From positions 17,670,001 through 17,734,000 of the forward strand of contig OX597839.1 in NCBI GenBank assembly GCA_951406725.2: DNA of 64,000 nt. Reading direction: 5' to 3'. Below, one piece after another: positions 39,576 to 52,451 of the stretch. Under the pieces are notes generated by a model. That model did no database searches, was not told where the DNA came from, and was given only the letters and a program-made list of their open reading frames with translations. The stretch is from Octopus vulgaris (lineage: Eukaryota). The translations under genes and the position numbers were made by a program. Each line of letters begins with the position of its first letter. The stretch's first letter is position 1.

Positions 39576-41611
39576 AGAAAGGATGCTCTCTGCATCAGAT
39601 ATAAAAAGAAAGGATTTTGTTCTGTGCACCAGGAGCTTACCCAATATGTCCACAGTAGAGTCTGATGATTAGTTTTCCCTCTTTGGTACATTGTTGTATT
39701 ATATATTTGTATTGTAAAAGCCCATGGCTTAGTGGTTAGGACAGCATTTCTCAACTGCACATATATATATACTGTATATATACCTATGCATCAGAGTTAA
39801 TGCTGTAACCTGGAGATAAATATGAAACAGCTGCAACTACTGTGGAAATATTAAAAACAGTTTTGCCTCTCATAACTGGATTTTTGCTCTTATAATGTAC
39901 CTATTAAAACAAAGACTGGAATATGTGTTACCATTTTAATTCTATTACTTGTGTTTCATTACTTTATGGGAAATACGTTTTATGGATATTGATAATAATA
40001 TAAATATAATAAATTCATAATATAGATAAATAGATAGATACACACACATGCATGCACACACACACACACACACACACACACGTAGAAACATGTAGAAAAC
40101 CCACCAACTGTAAATCTTCAGATGTAGATGCAAAATAATATAGTTGAAGACTTGGAAAAATTCTTTATATATAGTTATTAAGATTTACCTGGAGTACAGT
40201 GAAATAGCAGGAGAAAAGGATAAAGAAGAAAGAAATAAATAGAGAAAGAAATAGAAAGGGAGTAAAAAAGAAAGAGAGAAAATTTTAAGGTGAGAGGTAT
40301 ACAAGATAAAAGGAGCAAATTATCAACTTTTGCTATAACATTCATTTTTTTGTTAAAATTGCATAAAAATTATTTAATATATATTCATAAATTATTTAAT
40401 TTATATTCGTAAATTATTTAATATATATTCAGAAATTTATGAGGGCACAGCTTGGATTATATTCCCTTTTATATACATATATTTATATTTTAATATTTCA
40501 CTGAAGCACAGCAAAGGACGAAGACAGGTGTATGAACAAGAAACAAGTGTATTAGTTTGACACTGGGAGAAAAATGAAAACATGTACATGTATACATTTT
40601 ATGCTATAAGGAATGATTGATAAATGGAAGTCCAAGAGATGGTCATGGTTGGGATGTCTATGATCGTAGTGTCTACTTAGTCTGTTGTAGTCAGCTAAAA
40701 TAACAACAGTATCACTATCTACTTCATAGTTTCGAGGAAAGTATTCCATAATGTTTTTGAATTTAGAACTCATCAAGCTTGACTTTATTTTTCACCCCCA
40801 CCTCATGTGAGGGTGAGGGTGTAGATCGATAGAATACGTCATCATCAATAATATATTATGATTGATTCAATCAATTATATCCTACAGCTACAAAAATTGG
40901 CCTTGTGCCTAGACTGGTAAAAAAAAAAATCTGAATCTGTTTCATAAAGACATCAACTGAATATAATATAGATTCCTGAAGAAATGACTGGTCAGCTGTC
41001 TAGATTGCTGTTCCTATGGTCACTTGTTCAAATAATCATGATAACTACAGGCATGATTGTGGTTAAGAAGCTTGCATTACAAGCATGGGGTTTCAGTTTC
41101 AGTCCCACTGAGTGGCATCTTGGGTGTCTTCTACTATAGCCCCAGGTTGACTTATATTTTGCAGGTGGATTTAGAAGACGGAAACTTTGTAGAAGCTCAT
41201 TTGATATGTGTGTGTGTGTGTGTGTGTGCGTGCACCCCACTGCTTGATAATTGGTATTGGTTTATGTATGTCCCCATAACTTAACACTTCGTTAAAAGAG
41301 ACTCACAGAATAAGTGTCAGATGCAAATATAAGTCCTGGGGTCAATTTGTTTGACTAAACCCCTTCAAGGCAGTACCTAAGTATGGCTGCAATAAAATGA
41401 GTTAAAGAAGTAAATGATAAAAGATAGGCACAGACATGGCTGTTGAGTTAAAATTTTCACTTCTCAGCAATGTCTTTTTTATTAGAGTTTTCAGTCCCAC
41501 TGTGTGGTAACCTTGCACATATATCTTCTACTATACACCCTAACTAACCCAATACCTTGTGAGTAATAATTGATGGATGGAAACTGAAACTGCACAGATA
41601 CCCATTTTATA

Positions 41612-42901
41612 CTTTTGCAGTCTTGCCTTCTTGATTTCTCTCCCATTTCACATTATGCATTCCCTGTTTACATAAAAGAATGCTTTCTCCACTTAAGATA
41701 GGGGAATAGATTAAAATGCAAGAAGTTGTTTTTTTTTAATTTAAAAGAGGTAAATTATATCAGTTTTTACCTATTTTAGTCAAACAAATCGACCATAGTT
41801 CTTATATTTACATCTGACGCATATTCTACCAGTATCTTTTAATGAAGTAAGTTATGGAGACGTACATAAACTGACACCAGTTATCAAGCAGTGGAGTGGA
41901 CAAACACTGGTGTTTCATAACAGGCACCCATTTCAGTGGCACGTAAAAAACACCTACTACACTCTTGGAATGGTTGGCATTAGGAATGGCATCCAGCTGT
42001 AAAAACCATGCCAGATCAGACCGAAACCTGGTGCAGCTCCCCAGCTTACTCGTTTTCAGTCAAACCATCCAGCCCTTGCCACAATGGAAAACAGATTTAG
42101 ATGATGATGAAAATACATTTATAAACACACACATTAGGTAACCATATATCTTCCCTACAGCAAAACACTTGTTCCTGTCCTTCTATAATACTCTGAATTC
42201 TTAACATGTGGCACAAAACCACCTTCCTCAACACTACTCACCCTCATATTTGAGTGGTCTTGTGTTGTGGGTTACCTGGTAACCTCACTGGTGCTAATAA
42301 CACATAAAAAGCACCCAGCGCATTCTGTAAAGTGGTTGGCATTAGGAAGGGCATTCAGCTGTAGAAACTAGGCTAAAGCTGACATTGGAGTTTGGTGCAG
42401 TTCTCTGGCTTGCCAGCTCCTGTCAAGCCATCCTACCCATGCCAGCATGGGAAGCAGATGTTATGTGATTATGATGATGGGGAGGAGGAGGAGGATGTTT
42501 GGCATTGCTATTATAACTAGTTCAATTGTGCTTCCTGTCAGAACACAACTCACGGTCCCACCTGAAGAGCATATTTCATCCCTCCAATGAAAGTACCTTT
42601 AAATGTTCATTTGTATTCATGCCTCACATCAATAATCTTTGAGATAGTTCTTGTTGAACCAATAAGCAGGTTTTTCTGCATTGTACCCAATCCCACATAG
42701 AATTCTAGCTTTCCAAGGTTTCTTCTCAAATAGGTTAAAAACTGATATAATTTACCTCTATTAAATTTTAAAAAAACCAACTTTTTTCTTCTTGCATTTT
42801 AATCTATTCCCCTATCTTAAGGGGAGAAAGCATTCTTTTATGTAAACATGGAATGCATAATGTGAAATGGGAGAGAAATCAAGAGGGTAAGACTGCAAAA
42901 G
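41612..42901. repeat. Long inverted repeat, ~170-bp arms (41612-41776 / 42728-42901)
   Basis: cttttgcagtctt..tttctctcccatttcacattatgcattcc.. matches the reverse complement. The spacer holds family A and B fragments. Confidence 0.92.
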
Positions 42902-44269
42902 AGATCATCATAAAGAGATCATTTATGTTAGAAAATTTGTTTTTGTATTTGGTCTGCAAGATTTTTGATGTGAGCTCATATGCTGAAATATCTTGGGAGG
43001 GTCGTTATGTCAATTATAAACACACTCATTGGTTCTATTTCATTTGTTTTATTATTAGTCAACTAGATAACCATTTAACTAATAGATTGTTTGATTAATC
43101 TTTCAGTCATTCAGTCAATTAGGTCTGTCAAAGTCTTTCTGCTGTCATTTGCATGCATGTGTGTCTGTGTATGTACCACTAATATATTGCTGTCAGTGCA
43201 ATTCTGATTTCCTGTACAAAGTTAGCTTGGTTCTTAGTTCAGAAGAATATTCTTATTATTTATAGTTCTGATACCAATTTGGTTGAAGCTGTCGCTAGTT
43301 CTATGATACAATAACCATCCAACTTAAAGTGTTTTATATAAATCTAGCCTTCCCCAATAACTTTATGCAAGAATTGTTTATGTAATTTATGTTCCATACT
43401 TCAGCTTAATATTTTTTTTTAGCTTTTATTTCTTTCAATCCTAGAACTGTGGCCATGCTGGGTTTTAGTCAAACAAATCAATCCTAGAACTTGTGTTTTA
43501 TGTTTTTTCTTTTCATATCTGGTATTTTTTCTATTGGTCTTTTTTGCAAAGCCACTAAGGACATAAATAAATCAGCACTAGTTGTCAAGCAGTGCATGGG
43601 GTTAAAATACAGACACACAGACACACACTAATAGACATATATGATGGGCTTCCACACAGATTCCATCAATCAAATTCACTCACATAGGCATCAGTTAGCC
43701 TGAAGCTGTAGTAGAAGATACTTGCCTAAGGTGCTGTGCAATGGGAGTGAACCCAAAACCATGTGGTTGTAAATCAAGCTTCTTAACCACACACCGATGT
43801 TTGCACTCATTTCTCCTAATGGAAAAATTATTTCATAAATGTCTCAAAAGTTATATTCAGAAACTAATTGCAAAACATAGGCAATGTATCGTAAAAGAAA
43901 TATGGTCTCTGAAATATAGTTAATCCAGCTATGAACATTTTGATAATGCTCCCCTACCACACCTTGTGTTTTTTTTTCCAATCAATTGCTTGATCAAATC
44001 AGCCATTTCTTTCTCACAGCTAGGTGAAGACTTTCTTTTACTTTTCTATAACTTTCAGTTTCGGATATTGACTCACCAATTTTTGTCAAGTTTATCCAAC
44101 TCAGTCTTCCATCTTGTTTCTTGTCATCTTTTGTTTCTTTTGCTGTTTTTTTTTTAAATGCAGTCTGTCAGTTTTTCCCTTCACCTACTGTCACAGTATC
44201 TCTGGACATCCATCTATCCATCTTCTCCATCCTCTGTTCATGAGATGTTTGTCAAGATAACGTCCTTAA

Positions 44270-44489
44270 CCCTTTTGTTACTGTATTTATTTTGAGATGT
44301 TCTGTTTTTCTTTCAATTACTTTAAATATAACAAAGAATTTATCAAAATAACTTAGTTATCATTAAGCTAGTGTTAGAAACATAATTTGTGACGAAGGTT
44401 TGGTGGAAGATTTTAATTCAAAATTTATGAAAACAAGACATTTGTACTCAGAGCCAGAGCCGGTTTCAGCCGGGTTGGTAACGAAAGGG
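44270..44489. mobile_element. piggyBac-like MITE
   Basis: TTAA-cccttttgttac ... gtaacgaaaggg-TTAA. Confidence 0.88.
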
Positions 44490-44779
44490 TTAAGCACCTC
44501 CTCCACAGGGTCCTTTCAGAAGCAACTGTCATTAGCCTTTTCTGCTGGGTTCCCAAGAATAACCAACTGAAACTATGGATATCATCCAACTATCTCCATA
44601 CTCCTATCAGTTGGATCAGCTTAAATCATGTAACAACAGTATGATTTGATCACATCTTAGAACACTCAATGTAACTATCTACAAAAACAGAAAAACCTAT
44701 TACATTCACTCTTCATTTATTCTTTATGTATCAACATTTTTGTTACCCTACTGTGGCTTAGTCACTGACACAGTTTTTA

Positions 44780-44920
44780 GTTTACCTCTAGGTTGCCTGC
44801 CAGTTGGCTTGGCTTGAAGGATTTTTCTTGCAATTCTTTCCTGCAACATTCTAATCACATGTCCATAGTACCAGAACTGTGACCTCTCAATGCAGAGAAG
44901 TAGTGGCTTGACCTGGAGAC
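44780..44920 (-). mobile_element. RTE LINE C-terminal fragment
   Basis: Manual translation QVKPLLLCIERSQFWYYGHVIRMLQERIARKILQAKPTGRQPRGK. Confidence 0.8.
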
Positions 44921-45061
44921 TTTCTGATCTCTGAGCTAGGAACCCTGTCTCAGCTATTTCTATTCATGATCATACTGTTTCAGTCATTACCAAACCCTAA
45001 TCCAATTTCAGTGATTTTATAACTTTGATGATGTCATTTAGTTATATTTGTTTCCCATTTA

Positions 45062-45293
45062 AGGCGGCGAGCTGGCAGAATCATTAGCACACCGGGCGAA
45101 ATGCATAACCGTATTTCGTCTCCCATTATGTTCTGAGTTCAAATTCCGCCGAGGTCAACTTTGCCTTTCATCCTTTCGGGGTTGATAAATTAAGTACCAG
45201 TTACACCCTGGAGTCGATGTAATCGACTTAATCCCTTTGTCTGTCCTTGTTTGTCCCCTCTATGTTAAGCCCGTTGTGGTCAATAAAGAAATA
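45062..45293 (+). mobile_element. tRNA-derived SINE (family C) with Nin/Deu-like central domain
   Basis: ggcggcgagctggcagaa head, gagttcaaattcc B-box, gcctttcatcctttcgggg..gataaa..agtaccag. The domain name is from recollection of Nin/Deu SINE consensus. Confidence 0.85.
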
Positions 45294-45340
45294 TATATTT
45301 GTTTTCCATTATTTAATTTTAATGTTGTTGATATTTACAG

Positions 45341-45448
45341 GCATCTCCATACAGTCCAGAACCAACAATGAACAGTCATCAAATGAACTCTCCAACACTG
45401 AATGCAATTAATATGCATCCAGCCACAACCCAGGGTAACCAGGTAGCT
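45341..45448 (+). CDS. Candidate internal coding exon (108 nt, phase 0-0): ASPYSPEPTMNSHQMNSPTLNAINMHPATTQGNQVA
   Basis: T-rich acceptor ...tttacag|, open 36-codon frame, strong donor |gtaagt. Non-repetitive S/P/N/M-rich peptide; gene not identifiable. Confidence 0.7.
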
Positions 45449-46706
45449 GTAAGTGATCCATTTTTATGTCTTAATAATAATTATTGTATTTGGTAGCATA
45501 AAAAATACATGACCATATTAGATGCACCCCAATTTCAGCAGTGCATATTCAAGGAAAAAATGTTTTAGTGCATTAAAGCATGCTTCAAGTTTATTTTAAT
45601 TTGTACTTTGAAATGTGTAGAGGACCGATCCAAGCGACTGCACCATTTCCCCAAATTTGTAGCCTTATCTGATACCAGAAATCAGATGATTCTTACTGTC
45701 AGTCGGGTTCACTGTCCATAATGGTCAGTTTACATTAGTTTACTAATTACAACTCTCTTGTGACAACATTTTTAATTAAATACATTATCAATGTGTTTCA
45801 GTTATTTTTGAAAATGGCTAAGAATTTTTTGGGGATTTAATAAAACCTTCTTTGATCAAATCCAGAATCATATTGTTAACAACACCCTCTTCTTTCTACA
45901 AGGATGACATATTTAGCTTTTCATCGTAATGTATTTTTTAAAAATCTTTTCTATAAGTATTTCCCTAGTCATTGCTCTGATGGACTTCTTGGTTTAATAC
46001 CTTCTGTGATGACCTTTGAACATGTCACCTGCTTCTCTTTTCAGGTGCATCATTTCTCTGTTCAGCTTCATGTTAGTCTTGAGTCCTTTTATTCTAATTG
46101 TTTTGTTCTTTGAACTGCTGATCTCTGGAACTTGCCACCATCATCTTGTTTTCCTCAGGTCAATGATATTCAGTCCTTTAATCTTTCTATCAATTAACAT
46201 CTTTTGAAATCATAGGCCCCTTGTTCTCCTTCTTTATAATCCCTTACGCTACAACAGCCTCCAAGCTTTCTTAGAACAAAATCGTATAAAAAAAATAACC
46301 GATTGTATAATTAATCTGATGTTTAGAATATAATTTGAACAAAAGTTCTTTACATGAAATTATGATAAATGACTTAAGAACAAGAAGTCATCTCTCTTTC
46401 AGGCTGGTTGCTTTCTTTTACTAATTTACAAAACGGTTAATTCCTTGGCTAATTCTTACATTCATTATCATGTCTGGTAAGTTCAGCATCATCAATTCAC
46501 CACAGGGAAAGTTCACCATCAATTCACTGTTTTTTTCAATAAAGTAGTTTTTAACTATTAATGGTGGGATACTATGGAATTATATATGTTTGGTAAACAA
46601 TGAACTTTCCTCAGTGAACTTTCTTCACAGTGAATTGATAGTAGTGAACTTAGCTGTAATCATCCTTTATATACTCATATCTATTCTCTGTTCTATGTAA
46701 ATGCTT

Positions 46707-46959
46707 TGAGTTAAAGAAGTAAATGGTAAAAGATAGGCACAGACATGGCTGTTGAGTTAAAATGTTCACTTCTCAGCAATGTTTTTTTATTAGAGTTCTC
46801 AGTCCCACTGTGTGGTAGCCTTTCACATGTATCTTCTACTATACACCCTAACTAACCCAATACCTTGTGAGTAATAATTGATGGATGGAAACTGTGAAAC
46901 TGCACAGTTAGCCTGAAGCTGTAGTAGAAGATACTTGCCTAAAGTGCTGTGCAGTGGGA
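46707..46959 (+). repeat. Local chimeric duplication of 41398-41597 fused to 43692-43746
   Basis: Near-identical direct copies joined at a shared CAG. Confidence 0.88.
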
Positions 46960-47197
46960 CTGTGATAGTCTTGTGATAGTTTTGTAAAACAATGTATAGA
47001 ACAGTGTAGGAGTGGTTGTCAGCCATTTTGATAAACTGGAAATCAAACAAAAATTTCCACTGTACTTCACATGGAAATTTTTCCTTTACTTGTTTCAATC
47101 ATTTGACTGCAGCCGCACTGGACAGCACATTGAAGGAATTAAGTCAAGTTTTAAGATGTTTCCATATTATTAGCTGAATTAGTATAAGCATATTTAA

Positions 47198-47815
47198 ACC
47201 TTTAGCATTCAGATCACTCTATCAAATGTAATACTTGTATATACACACTGTTTTAAATTAATCATGCATTATTTCATAGCATTGATATTTCAATGATATT
47301 AGCTTTAATTTTAGAATAGAATTGTAGGATAGGTGTGAGAAACCAGATCCAGCTGGTTTGAACATAAAACAAGTCTTCTCTGTGTGAAAAGTCTGGCTGC
47401 ATACACGTTAGCATATGTCAGGTGCATACAATTGACAACACAGTCAATTAAGGTTTATTCAGTGAGTTCTATTCAACACATGTTTACATGTGGAATTAGC
47501 AGAATCATTATTAACTTTAGATGGCTCGCAGGCGAGGTGAACAAATTAGTGAGAGAGATAGACTGGCAATACTTCTACGCTACAAGAAAATTAAAGACGT
47601 GGTCTTGGGAAGAGCTATCTGAGCGGAAAATTCGTGGATGTATTCAACATCAAACTCGTGTTCGGCATCAAATAGTAAACTGTCGTGGTGGTAACAGATT
47701 CGTGTAATAAATTTTGCGTTTATTTTTGTTCCATAATATATATTTTTTCGGATGCAGCCAGACTTTTCACACAAAGAATATTTGGACAGATGTGGCTGGT
47801 TTGAATGCTAAAGGG
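47198..47815. mobile_element. piggyBac-like MITE containing a nested TIR element (47376-47778)
   Basis: TTAA-acctttagcattc ... gaatgctaaaggg-TTAA. Nested TIR tgtgtgaaaagtctggctgcat / atgcagccagacttttcacaca. Confidence 0.85.
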
Positions 47816-48288
47816 TTAATAAAGAAAACATCAGAAACTAACTTAAAATAATTAGTAATGCCAAGAGGAAAATATAATTCAAAATCTGAGAATATATACA
47901 TTTTTAATTCTTAATAATCAACAAAATTTACTGTGTGACACAAGGTCCTAGTGTTTTGTGTGTTGATATGTGTCAAACTGATTTTAAATCAAGGTTGATT
48001 ACATTTATATACTGGTCATAATGGTAATTTTCTGGATCATTCTAAAACAAATTATGGAAACATTTACAAGGTCATGTGGGTAATGTATATTGTATAAATG
48101 GTTTTCTTATTAAGCGGACAGATAAGTAAAATAAGTAAAATTAGAATAAAGGGGAATATATATATATATATATGCATATATACAGATATACATAAATAAA
48201 TTTGCTGATAGATATGTATGCATGCACATATAAATATATTTTCTTATATCCATTATGAAGATATATATATATATGTATATAGCAAAAA

Positions 48289-48326
48289 CTGTCTGATGAA
48301 CGGCAACGAGAAACTCAGAGTAACAG
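48289..48326 (+). ncRNA. Minimal type I hammerhead ribozyme motif (GUA site at 48320-48322)
   Basis: CTGT CTGATGA a CG-GCAA-CG a GAAA CTCAGAG TA ACAG, in an ~80-bp insert between (TA)n tracts. Confidence 0.82.
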
Positions 48327-48472
48327 ATTTTGTTGAATTTTCTGCTGCTTAAAATAAAGTATATATATATATATATATATACAAGATAAGAAAATGGAGA
48401 AATACATCTAAATCAAATATCAATTACCATGTTATCCCATAGAGGGTTGCATTTACTACCCCTATCTCCATT

Positions 48473-48569
<97 letters not shown>

Positions 48570-48655
48570 GATGGATATATATATATGTGTGTGTGTGTGT
48601 ATAAGATAATAAGATATCGCTTATTTCACTGTCATCTCATATTTTTATTTATATA

Positions 48656-48691
<36 letters not shown>

Positions 48692-49044
48692 AAATGACAG
48701 TGAAATAAGTGATTATCTTTTGAAGTTCATAAGGTAATCATTTATTCCTATGTCATTGCATTTATTACTGCTCTGCATTAATCTACACCAGGTTATTAGT
48801 CTTGCAATGCCTGTGTGTGTTCCAAAGTATATTATGGACTGCATATTTATAAAATAAACATTTCTGAATGGCTCAAGAGCTGATTATACACTCAGTGGGA
48901 TTCAATTAATTGCATACATTACCTGAATATCATTCTGCCAGTACATCTCTACCAATGTTAGTATTCATTTATCATTGTAGTGTATGCATTTTATTCTGAC
49001 CTAACCAGGTGCCTTAACTTTAAGTACTTTATTCAACTGATTCT

Positions 49045-49083
<39 letters not shown>

Positions 49084-49234
49084 GAATTAGAGATAAAACC
49101 ACTATTAGGCAACTCAAACAGTGATAGACATAAACCAATACATAAATAACAAATAATATAAATATAATTAATATAATATATAATATATATATAAAATATA
49201 AAATATTCTGTAAGTTTGGAGCTATACTCCCTAA

Positions 49235-49312
<78 letters not shown>

Positions 49313-49599
49313 GTAAGAAAATGAAGAGAATTGCAATTATCCCCATGTGGTGAGTTGTAATGCAAAAAAGTATATGTATAATAAAAGAAGGAAAATGAAA
49401 TAGCTTACATAGTTTTAATATGAAATATGAAATGACAATAATTTCAATGTCATAACTAGTGAAAGGGAAACCAGTAGACAACCACAATACTTTTTCATTT
49501 AAAATATATTAGAACTATGTAAACTGTGCATTTTCCTGTTATTTTATATATATATATATATATTTAAATACACATGAGGATGACCTTCCACTCATGACA

Positions 49600-50325
49600 G
49601 AGGAAAACTATTGCTGAACTTTCACTCGGCCTTTCACTCTGGGAGAGAAACCCTTTGTTGCCAGCAGAGGCAGGAGCTCTCTAAACTTAGCCCAGCCTAA
49701 TCTTATTCTGACAGCTATGTTCTCGGAGCATCCACCTCCACTACTAACTTAATTACCTAGGTAATGGATGCTATCTACTACCCCCATGGCAGCTGATGGA
49801 GTCTATTTTCTGAACATTTTCAGTGTTTATTGTACCTGCACATGTACCACACAGGAAAGCTATTTTCCCTGTTAACCTTTATCTGATATTACTGCACCTT
49901 TTGTGTGTCCAAAGCTTACACCAGGTGGACCTTACAGAGTTATCACCTACACCTTTTCTACAGATCGAGCAGCGCCATCTACCTGAAAGGACTTGTAATT
50001 TGTCTGCTTTCCTACTTACTAAGACTTTGGTTTTTGCTAGTTTAACCCTGAGGCTCTTCAATTCTAGACCTTGCTTCCATACCTGGAACTTCTTCTCCAG
50101 TTCTGGTAGTGATTCAGTTGTAAGAACAAGGTCATTAGTGTAGAGGAGTTCCCACGGGCAGCCTGTCTTAAATTCCTCTGTTATTGCCTGAAGGACTATG
50201 ATGAACATGTGGAAGCTTTGGTGAACCCCTACTTGTACCCTGAATTCTTTGCTGTGCTCATTGCCAATCGTCACCTTACTGGTAGTGTCTCTGTACATAG
50301 CTTGTACAGCTCTCACCAGCCACTT
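49600..50325 (-). mobile_element. RTE-X LINE reverse transcriptase fragment
   Basis: ORF 49879-50337: VRAVQAMY..FRVQVGVHQ..WELLYTNDLVL (degenerate YADD)..LRVKLAKTKVL..CSICRKGVG. Confidence 0.92.
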
Positions 50326-50595
50326 GTTTCCAGCCACTTTTAGGTTTGTTAATTATTAATCAATTATTATCATTACTCTCTCTTGCTTACTCGTTTCAGT
50401 CATTTGACTGCAGCCATGCTGAAGCACCGTCTTTAGTCGAGAAAATTGACCCCAGGTCTTATTCTTTGTAAGCCTTGCATTTATTCTATCGGTCTCTTTT
50501 TGCTGAAACACTAAGTTACGGAGACGTAAGCACACCAGCATCGGTTGTCAAGCGATGTTGGGGTAACAAACACAGACAGACAAACACACACACAT

Positions 50596-50638
<43 letters not shown>

Positions 50639-51692
50639 TAGGATGGGCTTCTTTTCAGTTTCCGTCTGGCTATAGTAGAAGACACTTGCCCATGGTGCTA
50701 CTTACCACACAGCCACTCCTGTCATTGATTCAATTATTTTAAAAGTATGGGAAATAACTCTAGACATATTTCAGTTTTATCATGACCTCATCAGCAAAGC
50801 ATAAACTTAACTGTACATACCAAAATAATAATAGAATTGCCCAGTAAATATAAAAAAATAGTACAATGGTTAGTATAAATTAGTTTAAAGCAGAAAAGAT
50901 AAGGATTTGTTGGAAGATGAAAGATTTTCTTGATACAGAGCATTTTGTTTATTTTGGCTGGGGTGGAGAATAGGAAAAATGCCTTTATCAAGTAACATCG
51001 GTTTTTCCGTGCTGGCATGGCTCAGACGATTTGACTGGATGCAGCAACACGCAGAACTCTGTCATGCTGCAAAGTCAGCTTTTGGTAAGGTTTTTACAGC
51101 TGAATGCCCTTCCTTATGCCAACCACTTCTTTACAGAGTGCTTTTTATGTGGCACCAGCATTAGTGAGGTCACCAAATAACTTGCAAGGCAAGAAGAGAA
51201 CCTGAAAGGGAAAAGAGAAAGGGAAAAGCTCATTTGGCTAAGGCTAAGTAGGGGTAGTATTTGAAATGTGTCTTGCTGCATCCCGTCAAATCATCTGACA
51301 CATGTCAGCATCGAAAACACATGTTACTTGAAGGATTTATCCCTACTCCCCACACCACCAAGTTAAGTGTGGTTTGTTTTGGGGGCGGGGATAATATTCC
51401 ATATTTCATCTAGTCTCGTTTCTGATAATTTTTTTTTTAATAATTTTATTCCACTACTAAATACAGAAGTGATGTAATATCAATATCTTATCTATTTTGG
51501 GAACTTTAATAATTACATTACTATGACATTCACGATTTCATATAATATATCTTTGCCTAATGCCTGTTGAATGTTAGACAAACTTATTTATGTATGAGTG
51601 GAAACTGGATTTTTGTCTGTTTGTGTGTTTTGGTACTGAATTACTGCTGCTGAATATAATAACGCTAATAATAATAATAGTAATAGTTTATT

Positions 51693-51727
<35 letters not shown>

Positions 51728-52229
51728 AAAAAATCTTCGCTCAAATCTAATTGAATTGTTCTGTCATCAATCAAACGTATTTTAACTTTATAAAGAAAAA
51801 GAAAAAGAATAATTTTTTAAAAAAAGAAATCAGTTTCGTATCGATATCTGATTATTCTAATTGCATTTTGAAATCAATAAGTTCTAAATCATCATCATCA
51901 TCATCGTTATTAGAAACAACAGCAGTGCCGTCATCACTACAGTTATCAAAATCATCATCATGAGTATCATCATGCCACCATCTCTATCAGTTTAAAATCC
52001 CATTTGTTTTCCGATGCACCAACAAGGGATTTGCTACATGGTCACCCAACCTTCCAGAAATAGCTGCTAAATTTCCTTCAAAGAACACCACCCAACTGCA
52101 GTAGTAAAAGGAAGACATTGGAAAATGTAGTTCCTGAAGGGCCAGTACACTATTCAAGAAAATACAAAATGAAGATACATGGTCATGACTTGATTGTTTT
52201 TTGATCGTAGGTTTGCTTGATATGGGCAC

Positions 52230-52324
<95 letters not shown>

Positions 52325-52370
52325 GAATGAAAGAATGGAGTTGAACGACGATTTAACAAAATTCCTTTAT

Positions 52371-52451
52371 TCTCGACATATGTTTCGAAGACTGCATATT
52401 CCTAATTTCGAAGGAATAAGGGGTGCATTATGCCGTCTTCTCATCAGGAAA
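52371..52451 (-). ncRNA. Canonical type I hammerhead ribozyme (GUC site; cleavage between 52375 and 52374)
   Basis: Reverse complement reads TTTC CTGATGA GAAGAC...GTCTTC GAAA CATATG TC GAGA; all core positions are consensus. Confidence 0.9.
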
